From IMG/VR virus record IMGVR_UViG_3300035698_022389, positions 68,880-132,879 of that record: a stretch of DNA of 64,000 nt. One strand, written 5' to 3'. Made by a program: the position numbers and the translations under genes. Below the pieces are notes generated by a model, which saw only the letters and a program-made list of their open reading frames with translations, did no database searches and was not told the origin of the DNA. Each line of letters begins with the position of its first letter. Positions within the stretch are counted from its first letter, which is position 1. Of the stretch, positions 30,774 to 40,521 are shown in pieces. This DNA is from a virus.

Positions 30774-33521
30774 ATGCCAGCTGATATTAGATATTCCGTC
30801 GTTCGAGACAGCACGACATTTGGCCCTTTCACCAATACCAGTGAGAATATCCTCCGTAAGGGAGATGTTATCAATTTGGAATGCCCAAATATTGATCAGG
30901 TCAGTTACTATTGGGTTCTGTCTTATAAACCAGTTTCATCTGGTGGGACGGCTTCTTTAGCAGCATTGACTTCGGCCACTGCACGAACTACGAGTTTCAC
31001 TGCTGACTTTGACGGAGCCTATTTGGTTCAGTTGACAGTTAATCAAGGTGTGGCTGGTGAAGACACTCAATTTATTCGTGTTCGTGGATTAACAAAATTC
31101 AGCAATTTAAGCCTGATTGCCGCAGGAGAGCGTTACAATCAAGAAGGTCCCGTTCCAATAGATGCAGACCCTCAAGGTTGGGCTGATTTCCTGAATAATA
31201 ATTTACAAAAAGCATTGGCTGTTACTCGACGGAATGCCACAACTGGCCGTCAGCTTTATGTAGATGCTAACAGGCCACGAGGTTGGGAAGGTCTCGGGTT
31301 AGGGGACATTACAAATAACCCTGCTAATGACCCAACCAAGTATGTCGAATATCCCGGCACTGACCATACGAATGCAACTACGGATGCTGCTACTGGAATC
31401 AGAATGCCCACTGAGGGTGTTAGTGACTTTAGTACTATTCAAGCAGCAATAAATTATGCTATCACAATGAATCCTGTGCCTTCCTTGACGAATCCTGTAT
31501 GGGTTCTCGTAAAACCAGGTTTGTATGTGGAAGATTTAACATTGCATTCACATGTTTATGTTATTGCTGAAACAACCATAAATGAAACAAGCAGTTTAGT
31601 TATAGGCACCTTGGCACGGGAACTGGTGGACAATGAAACGCTAGTTCGGTTGTCCTCAGTTGTGGTTCAGACGGTAACCTCAGCAGGGCATATTTGGGAA
31701 TCAGGGCATTTGCCTCAATTGGATGAAGCACATGTACCAGCAATTTTGGCCTATTATGCTAATCTTCCAGTATTCTTAACATCGGGTATCCTTTTTGAGA
31801 ATTGGATAGAAAGTTCTTCAGGGAATCCTCAATCTTTATTTAATTTATCTGGTACAGGCTTGTTCGTTTGTGGTTCTGATATATATCAAAATGGTACAAC
31901 AGTGACACAAGAAAGTGGTCCTGCTTTGTCCATGGTGAATCCACAACATGGTACCAGTTCCATTCAGAGGGATTTTTTCTTAGTTGTGCTGCAGGATTGT
32001 CTTCTAGCTAAAGTTGAACAGGCTGGTGATGAAGAACCTTTGATATTAATGGATTCCGCAGGAGTTCTTCAATTTGTAGGGGTGGTTCAAACTTTGAGTG
32101 GCGAAACTACCCAAACCATCTTGATTCCTGATGAGGCTTCTGTTGATGATGGTGGTAGTTTAGGAGCTAAAGCAGCTGATTGTATAATTTCAATGGTTGG
32201 CAATATTAGTGAAGGGGCTACAGCAAGTACTTTTATTAAGGGTGTACCTGGAAGTATTTCTGTTGAAAGTTCCAATATTGAAGGGGATATAGTTTTTGAT
32301 TCCGATGTATCTAGCCTAAATATTAGTTATAATCCGGCAATCGCCATTGGGGGTGGTAATACATTTGGAAAAAATATTATCGTTAACGATAATATTTTTG
32401 ATCCCGCAGGTGATGGTGCTTATATTGAAATTGGCCTCGTTGAAATTCATAGTTATGCTTCTTCTGAGAATTACAGGCATCCCGTAATATTGACACAGGC
32501 ACCAACAAAGGTGTTGTCTTCTGTGGTTCCTAGTTATGGACCTTCTTATGGGATACGGTATGACACAACATACATACACCCTGATCGAGGTACGGCAGGC
32601 GACCCTGTATTAGAGACAGGACAACAATGGGGTGCCCATATACCTACAATGCATCCTTCAATACAAAATGTTGCAGATTTAATGCTTCAGTTGGCATTAC
32701 CAGAAGCCCCACCTTCATCAGGCCCTGATATATATCACAACCGTTCGTACACACCAACGTTGGGGTCATTGTACAAGGGGGTATGGAAGCTGGAGACTGA
32801 TTATACACAACCCACAGCAGGAGAGGGATTCGGACGGGTTATTAACATTCAAAGACGGGAATTTGGGGATCTGGATGGATATTACCTGCCCGTTCAAATT
32901 CAACCACCCGCAGGTATCTATCCAACGGAAGGCATTGTGACCGACCGGAGGTTGTTACGATTTGGGACAGGAAATGAAGATGTTTCAGGGCTTTATGTAG
33001 ATGTTGGCTGTGAGGTTGACGGGACTCTGAAAATCTATGGTGATATCGAAGCTGATAACATCGCGAGTTCTTCAAGAAGTACTATTTTTCAGCAAATTGA
33101 TTATAGTGGCGGTTGGATAGGTGATGATCCCGGTGGTCCCGTTTCCGATTTCCCTGGTGGTGGGTGGTATGACCCTGGTGTGGATACCATAATTTACGGT
33201 ATTTTTTGGACTGGCCTAGAGCCTGCACCTTCAATATATCTCCCTCAGTCACGAGGGTTAATAGGTGATGCTACCCAACGTCCTGTGGAAGGTCAAATTG
33301 TTATCGTAAAAGATATATCAGGATCCGCAGGTGCCCAGAATATCATCGTAAGAACGACCTGTGATACTTCTGTTCCTGGGTCGGCTACGGGAGCACAGAT
33401 TCCAGAAGGGGATGCACCTTTATTTGTAACGGACACACTAACAACTAACTTTGAGTCCGTTACATATGTTTACCATGTCAATCCGTTATATAGTATAGGT
33501 TTTTGGTATAAGATAAGCTGA
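30774..33521 (+). CDS. Tail fibre/spike-like protein: PKD/Ig-like N-terminus, probable pectin-lyase-like beta-helix, small C-terminal fibre domain (915 aa)
   Basis: YYWVLSYKP...TSFTADFDGAYLVQLTVN (PKD-like), FSTIQAAINYA...VLVKPGLYVE (beta-helix cap), and C-terminal IYLP...GQIVIVKDISGSA. AAGGAG RBS. Confidence 0.5.
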   Translation: MPADIRYSVVRDSTTFGPFTNTSENILRKGDVINLECPNIDQVSYYWVLSYKPVSSGGTASLAALTSATARTTSFTADFDGAYLVQLTVNQGVAGEDTQFIRVRGLTKFSNLSLIAAGERYNQEGPVPIDADPQGWADFLNNNLQKALAVTRRNATTGRQLYVDANRPRGWEGLGLGDITNNPANDPTKYVEYPGTDHTNATTDAATGIRMPTEGVSDFSTIQAAINYAITMNPVPSLTNPVWVLVKPGLYVEDLTLHSHVYVIAETTINETSSLVIGTLARELVDNETLVRLSSVVVQTVTSAGHIWESGHLPQLDEAHVPAILAYYANLPVFLTSGILFENWIESSSGNPQSLFNLSGTGLFVCGSDIYQNGTTVTQESGPALSMVNPQHGTSSIQRDFFLVVLQDCLLAKVEQAGDEEPLILMDSAGVLQFVGVVQTLSGETTQTILIPDEASVDDGGSLGAKAADCIISMVGNISEGATASTFIKGVPGSISVESSNIEGDIVFDSDVSSLNISYNPAIAIGGGNTFGKNIIVNDNIFDPAGDGAYIEIGLVEIHSYASSENYRHPVILTQAPTKVLSSVVPSYGPSYGIRYDTTYIHPDRGTAGDPVLETGQQWGAHIPTMHPSIQNVADLMLQLALPEAPPSSGPDIYHNRSYTPTLGSLYKGVWKLETDYTQPTAGEGFGRVINIQRREFGDLDGYYLPVQIQPPAGIYPTEGIVTDRRLLRFGTGNEDVSGLYVDVGCEVDGTLKIYGDIEADNIASSSRSTIFQQIDYSGGWIGDDPGGPVSDFPGGGWYDPGVDTIIYGIFWTGLEPAPSIYLPQSRGLIGDATQRPVEGQIVIVKDISGSAGAQNIIVRTTCDTSVPGSATGAQIPEGDAPLFVTDTLTTNFESVTYVYHVNPLYSIGFWYKIS

Positions 33522-33532
33522 GGCGGTGATGG

Positions 33533-36500
33533 ATGACCAACCAAAACAACAGAACCGACCCGACGGAGAACTTTCGTACAAGTCCCTTCGGGTTTGGTCC
33601 GTTCCCACCACCAGGATATATTGGAGTATTAGCTCCAGCCCCATATCCTGACAATGCTGGTTTTGGTGGGGTTTCTTGGGTTACACTTCCAATCCCAGAC
33701 CCTGTACCAATTGGTGGAGTTTACGGTTTATCCCCTTATGGGGGAGTTGTACACCCTCTTGCTCCAATACCACTTTCTTCATTACCTGAACCAGGTGGCA
33801 GTGGAACTTCAAGTTCTGGTGGAGTCGGCTTCGGTGGTGATCCCTTCGGATTATCTCCTTATGGGTTAGGTGGAGGTACTGGAGGAAGTTCAGCAGTATC
33901 AGGAGCCCTGAGCCTGAATGGGTATGAAATTGAGATTTTCTTCACAAGTCCTATAAATACCAGTGACACGTTACTTTACTTGGTTACTTCCTACGCTCTG
34001 ACACCTCTTTTAGGAGCAGCTTCAGCTACCGTGCTTAGTGTTCGGTCTGAAACCTTGGGGTTTGAAGGTGCTTCCCCTAGTGTTTCATCAATTATCATTA
34101 GGCATACAGGGACAACCTTGGGTGGTTTATACAAGGTTGGTGTGAATGGCCCTGGAGGAATTGTAAATGAATCCGTAGATATTCTGACGAAAGGTGAAGC
34201 TCCAACTTATACGGTCAGTGCTATCGGGGGTGAGAATTTGGTTCTTACATTCTCTGACCCAATGTTGGAAGACACTGGAGCTTCTATAGGGAATTCAGAG
34301 ATTACAGATCCAGATTCGTATGAGTTTGAGTCAAATCCTGACTACCCAATTGCTTTGGCACCAATAGAAATTACTCATCCTTATGAAAGTGACCTTAGCA
34401 AAGTCTATATGACTGTAAAAGGGATGACCTCATTACAGTATACTTGCAATATTACACCTTCCCTTGCATTTGATTACGAGAGTATAGTTTTACCAAATGA
34501 CGACCCAACGATAACAGGTGTAGAGGTTAACCCTGAACAAGGAGATTCCTATGTTAGTGGTGGGTATCTTTGGATGTCTAAAAAACGTTATCGAGTTTAC
34601 GGTTGGGAGTTCCTTGATAACAGTGGTCGAATAGTACCTGATGTGACGACGTTTAAAGGCAGTTTGACTTTTGATGCTGCTACAGCCTCATATAATCCAC
34701 CTCTGAATGCATTCACTAGCCTGACTGTTGCCTACATCATTTTTGAGGATGGCCCTGCAGGAACGGGCATCCGAGTCAAAGTTTCGATGATTCGGCAAAC
34801 CGGTGTGGATTATCTTAAAATTCAAAGTGGGACATTCAATTCATCTGTGCAACAGCTTTGGACATCGGGTACGAATACCATTGCTTTGGTACGGAATTTG
34901 AAAGCAGGGACCTATTCCATTCTCTTGAATGGTTTGCCTGTGGTTACAGCACTGATTGCTGCTTTTGATGGGGTATCTGAAGGGACAGGAGCCGGAATTT
35001 CATGTATTCTGGCAGCTGATGGGTTTGATGTATCTGGTTTTCGTGTGCAGGAAACTACATTCTCAGCCACAAGTACAGTATATTCAGGTTCATGGAATTT
35101 CCTACACGATGCTGAGAGTACTCCATTTACAGGTTCAACTGCTCTAACTCGTGATCATATTATGACCCAGCGTGGCCCAATTGTAAAAGGTTGGGGTGAT
35201 GCAACCCCAGCCACTAAACAAGATGTTGATATTTTGATTGCTGGGACGGTTGTGGGAGTCAAAGATGTGAATCCCTATATCGGTGAAATTTGGCCTACGT
35301 ATCCGATCCCATTGCTTCCATATGATGACCCTCAAGCAGATGTGAAAGTTAACTATTATTGGATGGCTTCACCTATTATGGAGATGGCTGGGTTGAATAC
35401 TCCTGGCCTTGTTTTGAATCAATGGGACAGACAGTCGGGGCATACAAATCCAGCAGCTCACGGACAACCGTTCGGGGATCCTTTAAATATCCCTACTCAG
35501 CCTGCACAGGTTATCCCATTTGATGATGATGAGCTTCCTATCAGATTCCCAATGGGGGCTGTGTTGGGGCCGATAGATAGACCTCAACCTTTACAGATTG
35601 GCCATCGGTATATGGGTTTTGAGAAAGAAGCCTCAGCTCTTTTGAATGATCCCACAAGTCTGCTGTTGAATCAAGACCCTTATGCAACGGCAGTGGATGA
35701 TTTTGAACGAACTATGACAGGGGAGTCTATTGCGTATGAGGGCATGGAAACACCTCTTGTAGCATCTCCCGTTTGGCTGTTGAAAGGTCAAGATGCTGGT
35801 TGGGTTGACATTGGTGACGGTACTTATACTTTGATTGATGCCTTGGCTTCAGAATTTGAACCTGACCTTCGAACCGTAACTATGTACCATAGGGAAACGG
35901 ATTTGACGTTCCCTGCGGCCACAACTTTGGCCACTCGGTTTATTGTTGAGGATTATACTCTGGAAGGAGTGTTTACAGGGATAGGTTTTGGAATTCATGA
36001 TAATAATCATTTATATCAAGTAGGCTTGTTGGTTATTAATAGTATTCGGCACTTAGGGATGCTCATAGATCCAAAGAAACCTGAATACCGTGAATCTTGG
36101 CATCTTGGACCAACAGCAGCTTCTTCTGTGTTGGACTCGAATACTATTAGCATTGTGTCTGATTTGGTTCCAATAGATTTTCAAGCTGGGATGCAGTTTC
36201 AGATATTTGACCATGCCCAAGCTGGTATTTACACAGCAGCTTCAGTTATTCATCAGTGTGATGGTTCCACGACAGTTACTATTGATGAAGTATTTCCAGC
36301 AGACCCTACAATGTGGAAGCAGGATAATCCAGAGGTCGTGTTTGAAATACGTTGGGATGAACATCCTTTAACCTATCGTTTTGTGGTGGACTTAGTTAAT
36401 GAGGCAGCCTCCTTGGAGATTGCAGGTGAGGTTTCCGCTACTGTTTTCCAATTGAATGGGAGTGTGAATCCCTGGCCTGTACCTTCGGAATCGGCATTAG

Positions 36501-39500
36501 TGTTGGATACATCCAGTAAAGGGCAGGTTTTCTGGGGTTCCTTGAGTTATCTGGCAGCAAACCGTACAAAATGGTCATTTTTCCGTTACGGTGTAGTTCC
36601 TGATTTCACAGCTTTAAATGTCCCTGCTATCGTTGTGCAAACAGAAATGAACGATCTTCCCCAGAACAATCCTGTGAATCCTTGGTTTACCGCTCAGTCT
36701 TTCGGGACAGGGATGATTGACCTGACTGGGGATGTCCTTCTTTTGAAAGCTCCTGTGGCAAGTGATACTTTGGATTATACTTTTGGGTATTCTCGAATTG
36801 AACCATTTGTGAATGAAGATGCAGGTGTAGATGTCCGAGCTGAATTTAGGGTAGATTCTGGAGTTTTAGGCGCTGGTGATGCAGAAGTTGTCATTAACAA
36901 CGGCACCAAAGAAGTCCGACTAGCAACCCTTTTGTATGCTGAAGGATTCTCTGGATTAGAATATCGTAGGCTTTTTACTATCCCTTCTGTTACGATGTCT
37001 GGGATTCAAGATCCTGACCAACAAGGGTGGTCGATTGTGTCCGGTTCTGATGGCTCCGATCTCCGACATGAATATGATTTGATTGTGACCCAAGAAGCTG
37101 GCCAGATACAGCGGTATCGAGCCTCTGTGGACACTTCCAGTTTTTCCGTGGACTCAGGCTACCGTATTGCTGAGGTTCAACTTGGAGTGGATGCCTACAC
37201 TACAGATGCTAATGGGAACACAGGAATCGTGTTCCAATCTGATATAGGTCCGAATAAATGGTTTGGTGCTCGGTTGAATGATGATGGAGTTACCCCAACA
37301 CTTCAGTTAGTGGATCAAGTAGATTCTGTTATTCATGAGTATGAATTCGATTGGACTGACGGGGAAACCCACACGTATCGAGTTGTTGGTGCTTTAGGTG
37401 TTCTTTCGGTGTTTGTGGATGATGCTCCCTTGACTCCGACGCTGAATATTGATTTGTTTTTTGGTGGGGCAGGCACGGATACTTTTATATTTGGGACAAC
37501 GAATCTTATCTTAGGTGTGGTTAATACTACATTATCTAGTACCGTTCGATGGCGGACAGTTTCATATCACCCCACAGCTGCCCCTCAGTGCCTTCGTACC
37601 GTGGGTATTTGGATTGGTGGGGACAAAGATCATATCAATTCTTGGGAACTCCCCAGGACGGATAATTCGACGGCTCCAAATTCAGCTCATATTGGGCCTG
37701 AGATTACAGTGATGGATTGGCGACAGAATTTGGAAATCAGGCTTCTCTTGAAATCGGATTTCGGTGTAACAATGTATCGGCCAGATTTGGCATTACCTCC
37801 ATATTATCAACCTGAATCAGATGTTCCTGGAACAGGATTCATTAATCAAACGAATGAACCTTCAGCAGGCTGGGTGAATGTTGAGTATTCTCAGTTACCT
37901 CATGTTTCCTCAATGTTTGGTTTCATTGGGTTCGGGTCTTTTGATTCTCGGTCTGTGACTCAGCAACGATGGGATTGGGTCAGGTATCGAATTTTCAAAG
38001 CTCTGACAAACGATTATATAGCACCTCAACATATGACTCTTAATCAGTATGATATTATCACGAGTGGTGAATTGACCAAAGATATTACTTTGGAAAACGT
38101 AGTCGTTCAGACAATAGATACTCGTCGAGTGTCTTTGCTTCCAACTCATTTGTATGCAGAGGACATTTACAAAATTGTGGATGGTGACACTATATATACC
38201 AGAGAATCTTGGACGTTTGACATGGACTCTCAGCTCATTACCTTGGGTCAGGATGCCGATTACACTGATTTATATTTCTCTGGGGCTCATGTGCCTGTCA
38301 ATATTATCTTCCAGCCAGGTAAGCCCGTTACGAATACCTATCTTGAGAACCAGCCTTTGGTTGATAGTGTGACTAAACTGAATGAGGGTACTCCCCCAAT
38401 ACCATTAAGCCACGCCAATGGTATTACTAAACGAATTCAGCACAAGGATATCTTGAATGATCCATATGAAGTGTTGAATACAGGTAGTTCCTTCACTCTG
38501 AATGACCCGTATAAGGTACTCGACCATGAAGTAGATGCTGAAACCTTGTATGAATCCATGGAGTTCATGGAAGTAACAAACGATGGTATCCGTGGATTGA
38601 TAGCAATTGCTGGAGAAGGAACTCTTCCTGAAGGACACTCGGGATACTCTGAAATTGAAGAAAAAGCTGTTGGTGCTCATGTTTTAGATTTCCGTGGAAC
38701 TAAATTCTGGGAAGGTGTACGCTTCCCAAAACCTGATGCTTTTGAACAAAGAGGTGGCCTTCCTGGAACAACATTATTCTGTAGTGGTGGTAGTTATGTT
38801 GGCCCTGTTGCCGTGAGTGGTGGTACTCCTTCCATTGGGGCACCTGAAACTTGGAAAGCTGGATTAATGCAACCTTTGGGTGGTGTTCTCGGACCAGACC
38901 CTGTTCAGGCAGTTCTTCATCCAACATATCGTTCAGGTGATGTAATCCGTGGGAATGAGGGTGGGAAAACTAACCGAAGCACCGAATGGTACATGCGTAT
39001 CGGTTATCCTATTGTATATCCAGAAGGGGCAGCTCCGTACACATCCACGGACACTCCATTGACGGAAACAGTTGCATGGCCAGCTATGGATAACACACCT
39101 CCAAGCAGGCCCCCAGAATATTCTCCGAACCCTGATGGAGTGCCAAACCCGACCGGAACTGGGGCTTGTTATGCTGTGATTACCTCGGCTGGGGAATATT
39201 CCCATATTGGCCCTTGGGGTGGGATGGATTCTTTAATACCCGAGCCTGATACAGGTTTTTTCGAGTTCCGTGGAACTCTGATAGATGGGACTCAGGTAGA
39301 AGTTCGAGAAGAAATCAGTGGAGATTTTGCTGTGTTTACAGCCAGGAACGTTCCTGTAAACCCTGATGACTTTGCAATTACCCCACAACCACACGTTAGT
39401 TTGGCCGAAGTCATCCGAAATAATCCGATTGTCAGCTTATATGTTACAGCAGAAGCAGGGTTAACACTGGCTGCTGTTGAAGCCGTACAGGTGATTTCTT

Positions 39501-39769
39501 TGGATCCCGTAACTCTGATAAACCAGGTTGTAATTGAAACTAGTGACTCTGCTATTATCAGGCTGACAGGAGTGGATATGGATGCACTGGGTGTTGGCAC
39601 ATTAACAGGTGGAGCCAAAATCAAACAAAGCTCATTACTGGCAGGTGGGGATTCAACTATTAAGGACGGCGTACATGAACCCATAATGGGTATGGTCTGT
39701 CAAGGTGGCCAAGTTTTACCATTAGGAGTGGAAGTTGGTTCCATTATTTATGCAGCTACAGGGGTTTAA
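33533..39769 (+). CDS. Large multi-domain virion structural protein (2078 aa)
   Basis: Intact 6.2-kb ORF. Pro/Gly/aromatic N-terminus (YGLSPYGG, FGLSPYGLGG) followed by beta-sandwich/LamG-like segments. Confidence 0.6.
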   Translation: MTNQNNRTDPTENFRTSPFGFGPFPPPGYIGVLAPAPYPDNAGFGGVSWVTLPIPDPVPIGGVYGLSPYGGVVHPLAPIPLSSLPEPGGSGTSSSGGVGFGGDPFGLSPYGLGGGTGGSSAVSGALSLNGYEIEIFFTSPINTSDTLLYLVTSYALTPLLGAASATVLSVRSETLGFEGASPSVSSIIIRHTGTTLGGLYKVGVNGPGGIVNESVDILTKGEAPTYTVSAIGGENLVLTFSDPMLEDTGASIGNSEITDPDSYEFESNPDYPIALAPIEITHPYESDLSKVYMTVKGMTSLQYTCNITPSLAFDYESIVLPNDDPTITGVEVNPEQGDSYVSGGYLWMSKKRYRVYGWEFLDNSGRIVPDVTTFKGSLTFDAATASYNPPLNAFTSLTVAYIIFEDGPAGTGIRVKVSMIRQTGVDYLKIQSGTFNSSVQQLWTSGTNTIALVRNLKAGTYSILLNGLPVVTALIAAFDGVSEGTGAGISCILAADGFDVSGFRVQETTFSATSTVYSGSWNFLHDAESTPFTGSTALTRDHIMTQRGPIVKGWGDATPATKQDVDILIAGTVVGVKDVNPYIGEIWPTYPIPLLPYDDPQADVKVNYYWMASPIMEMAGLNTPGLVLNQWDRQSGHTNPAAHGQPFGDPLNIPTQPAQVIPFDDDELPIRFPMGAVLGPIDRPQPLQIGHRYMGFEKEASALLNDPTSLLLNQDPYATAVDDFERTMTGESIAYEGMETPLVASPVWLLKGQDAGWVDIGDGTYTLIDALASEFEPDLRTVTMYHRETDLTFPAATTLATRFIVEDYTLEGVFTGIGFGIHDNNHLYQVGLLVINSIRHLGMLIDPKKPEYRESWHLGPTAASSVLDSNTISIVSDLVPIDFQAGMQFQIFDHAQAGIYTAASVIHQCDGSTTVTIDEVFPADPTMWKQDNPEVVFEIRWDEHPLTYRFVVDLVNEAASLEIAGEVSATVFQLNGSVNPWPVPSESALVLDTSSKGQVFWGSLSYLAANRTKWSFFRYGVVPDFTALNVPAIVVQTEMNDLPQNNPVNPWFTAQSFGTGMIDLTGDVLLLKAPVASDTLDYTFGYSRIEPFVNEDAGVDVRAEFRVDSGVLGAGDAEVVINNGTKEVRLATLLYAEGFSGLEYRRLFTIPSVTMSGIQDPDQQGWSIVSGSDGSDLRHEYDLIVTQEAGQIQRYRASVDTSSFSVDSGYRIAEVQLGVDAYTTDANGNTGIVFQSDIGPNKWFGARLNDDGVTPTLQLVDQVDSVIHEYEFDWTDGETHTYRVVGALGVLSVFVDDAPLTPTLNIDLFFGGAGTDTFIFGTTNLILGVVNTTLSSTVRWRTVSYHPTAAPQCLRTVGIWIGGDKDHINSWELPRTDNSTAPNSAHIGPEITVMDWRQNLEIRLLLKSDFGVTMYRPDLALPPYYQPESDVPGTGFINQTNEPSAGWVNVEYSQLPHVSSMFGFIGFGSFDSRSVTQQRWDWVRYRIFKALTNDYIAPQHMTLNQYDIITSGELTKDITLENVVVQTIDTRRVSLLPTHLYAEDIYKIVDGDTIYTRESWTFDMDSQLITLGQDADYTDLYFSGAHVPVNIIFQPGKPVTNTYLENQPLVDSVTKLNEGTPPIPLSHANGITKRIQHKDILNDPYEVLNTGSSFTLNDPYKVLDHEVDAETLYESMEFMEVTNDGIRGLIAIAGEGTLPEGHSGYSEIEEKAVGAHVLDFRGTKFWEGVRFPKPDAFEQRGGLPGTTLFCSGGSYVGPVAVSGGTPSIGAPETWKAGLMQPLGGVLGPDPVQAVLHPTYRSGDVIRGNEGGKTNRSTEWYMRIGYPIVYPEGAAPYTSTDTPLTETVAWPAMDNTPPSRPPEYSPNPDGVPNPTGTGACYAVITSAGEYSHIGPWGGMDSLIPEPDTGFFEFRGTLIDGTQVEVREEISGDFAVFTARNVPVNPDDFAITPQPHVSLAEVIRNNPIVSLYVTAEAGLTLAAVEAVQVISLDPVTLINQVVIETSDSAIIRLTGVDMDALGVGTLTGGAKIKQSSLLAGGDSTIKDGVHEPIMGMVCQGGQVLPLGVEVGSIIYAATGV

Positions 39770-39771
39770 GG

Positions 39772-39786
39772 CGGTAAAGTCTCTAT
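39772..39786 (+). promoter_or_regulatory. Putative phage late-promoter motif CGGT-N7-CTAT
   Basis: CGGTAAAGTCTCTAT immediately after the stop at 39769; 41 nt before the ATG at 39827. Confidence 0.4.
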
Positions 39787-39808
39787 TTTAGAGCCCTTGT
39801 AGGAACCT

Positions 39809-40486
39809 GTGAAGGAAAAAAATATTATGTTTCATAATGAGCAGATGAAAAAAAGCACTCAGGGAATGAAAGTTATGTTGCAACAGCATGAAGAGGAAGC
39901 TATCCATTTCATGGCTCTTGCCAAGGGTTCGTTCCACCTGAAAATGTGGGATGCCAAGACTGGTGATGTTCTGTGTGAGTGGGAAAAATTAAATTTAATC
40001 ACGTTAGATGCAGGCATTATTGCAGCCCGATTATTCAAAAATAGTCAAGATCCTGCTGTTGGGGTGAATAATGGAATCAACATGTTGGCCATTGGGACAG
40101 GGGCAACAGGCAATATCCTGAACCCTGATGCTCCACAGCAGGAACAACGACGCCTTAACAATGAGATTTGTCGTAAAGCCTTTTCATCTGCCCAATTCCG
40201 TAATGCTGAGGGTGTAGCAGTAGCTTATCCCACAAATATTGTTGATTTTACAACAGTTTACGGGGAGTCTGAAGCAGTTGGGCCATTAAATGAAATGACC
40301 TTGATGCATACTTACTCACAGAATCCTGCAACGAAGAATCTGATTCCCACTGAGTATGGTGGTGCAAGCTATGACCCGACATTTGATGTTACCAATTATG
40401 ATCTGATGGCAAATTATTTGACGTTTAGCGTGATTTCAAAACCGAGTACTGCAATATTATCAATAACTTGGCGGTTGACATTCTAA
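39809..40486 (+). CDS. Tail-collar / fibre-attachment protein, DUF3751 (P2 gpH N-terminus)-like fold (225 aa; start may be ATG 39827)
   Basis: Pattern NLITLDAG...INMLAIGTG...LNNEICRK...FTTVYGESEAVGPLNEMTL...ISKPSTAILSITWRLTF resembles that family. Confidence 0.5.
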   Translation: MKEKNIMFHNEQMKKSTQGMKVMLQQHEEEAIHFMALAKGSFHLKMWDAKTGDVLCEWEKLNLITLDAGIIAARLFKNSQDPAVGVNNGINMLAIGTGATGNILNPDAPQQEQRRLNNEICRKAFSSAQFRNAEGVAVAYPTNIVDFTTVYGESEAVGPLNEMTLMHTYSQNPATKNLIPTEYGGASYDPTFDVTNYDLMANYLTFSVISKPSTAILSITWRLTF

Positions 40487-40521
40487 TTTGCCTGAATATG
40501 ATAACCGATAGAAGGTGAGAT

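Noticed and set aside
40510-40521. GGTGA-type RBSs as evidence for an archaeal host
   Set aside because: GGTGA is part of the full bacterial anti-SD complement (TAAGGAGGTGA), and AGGAGG sites are also used, so it does not discriminate.
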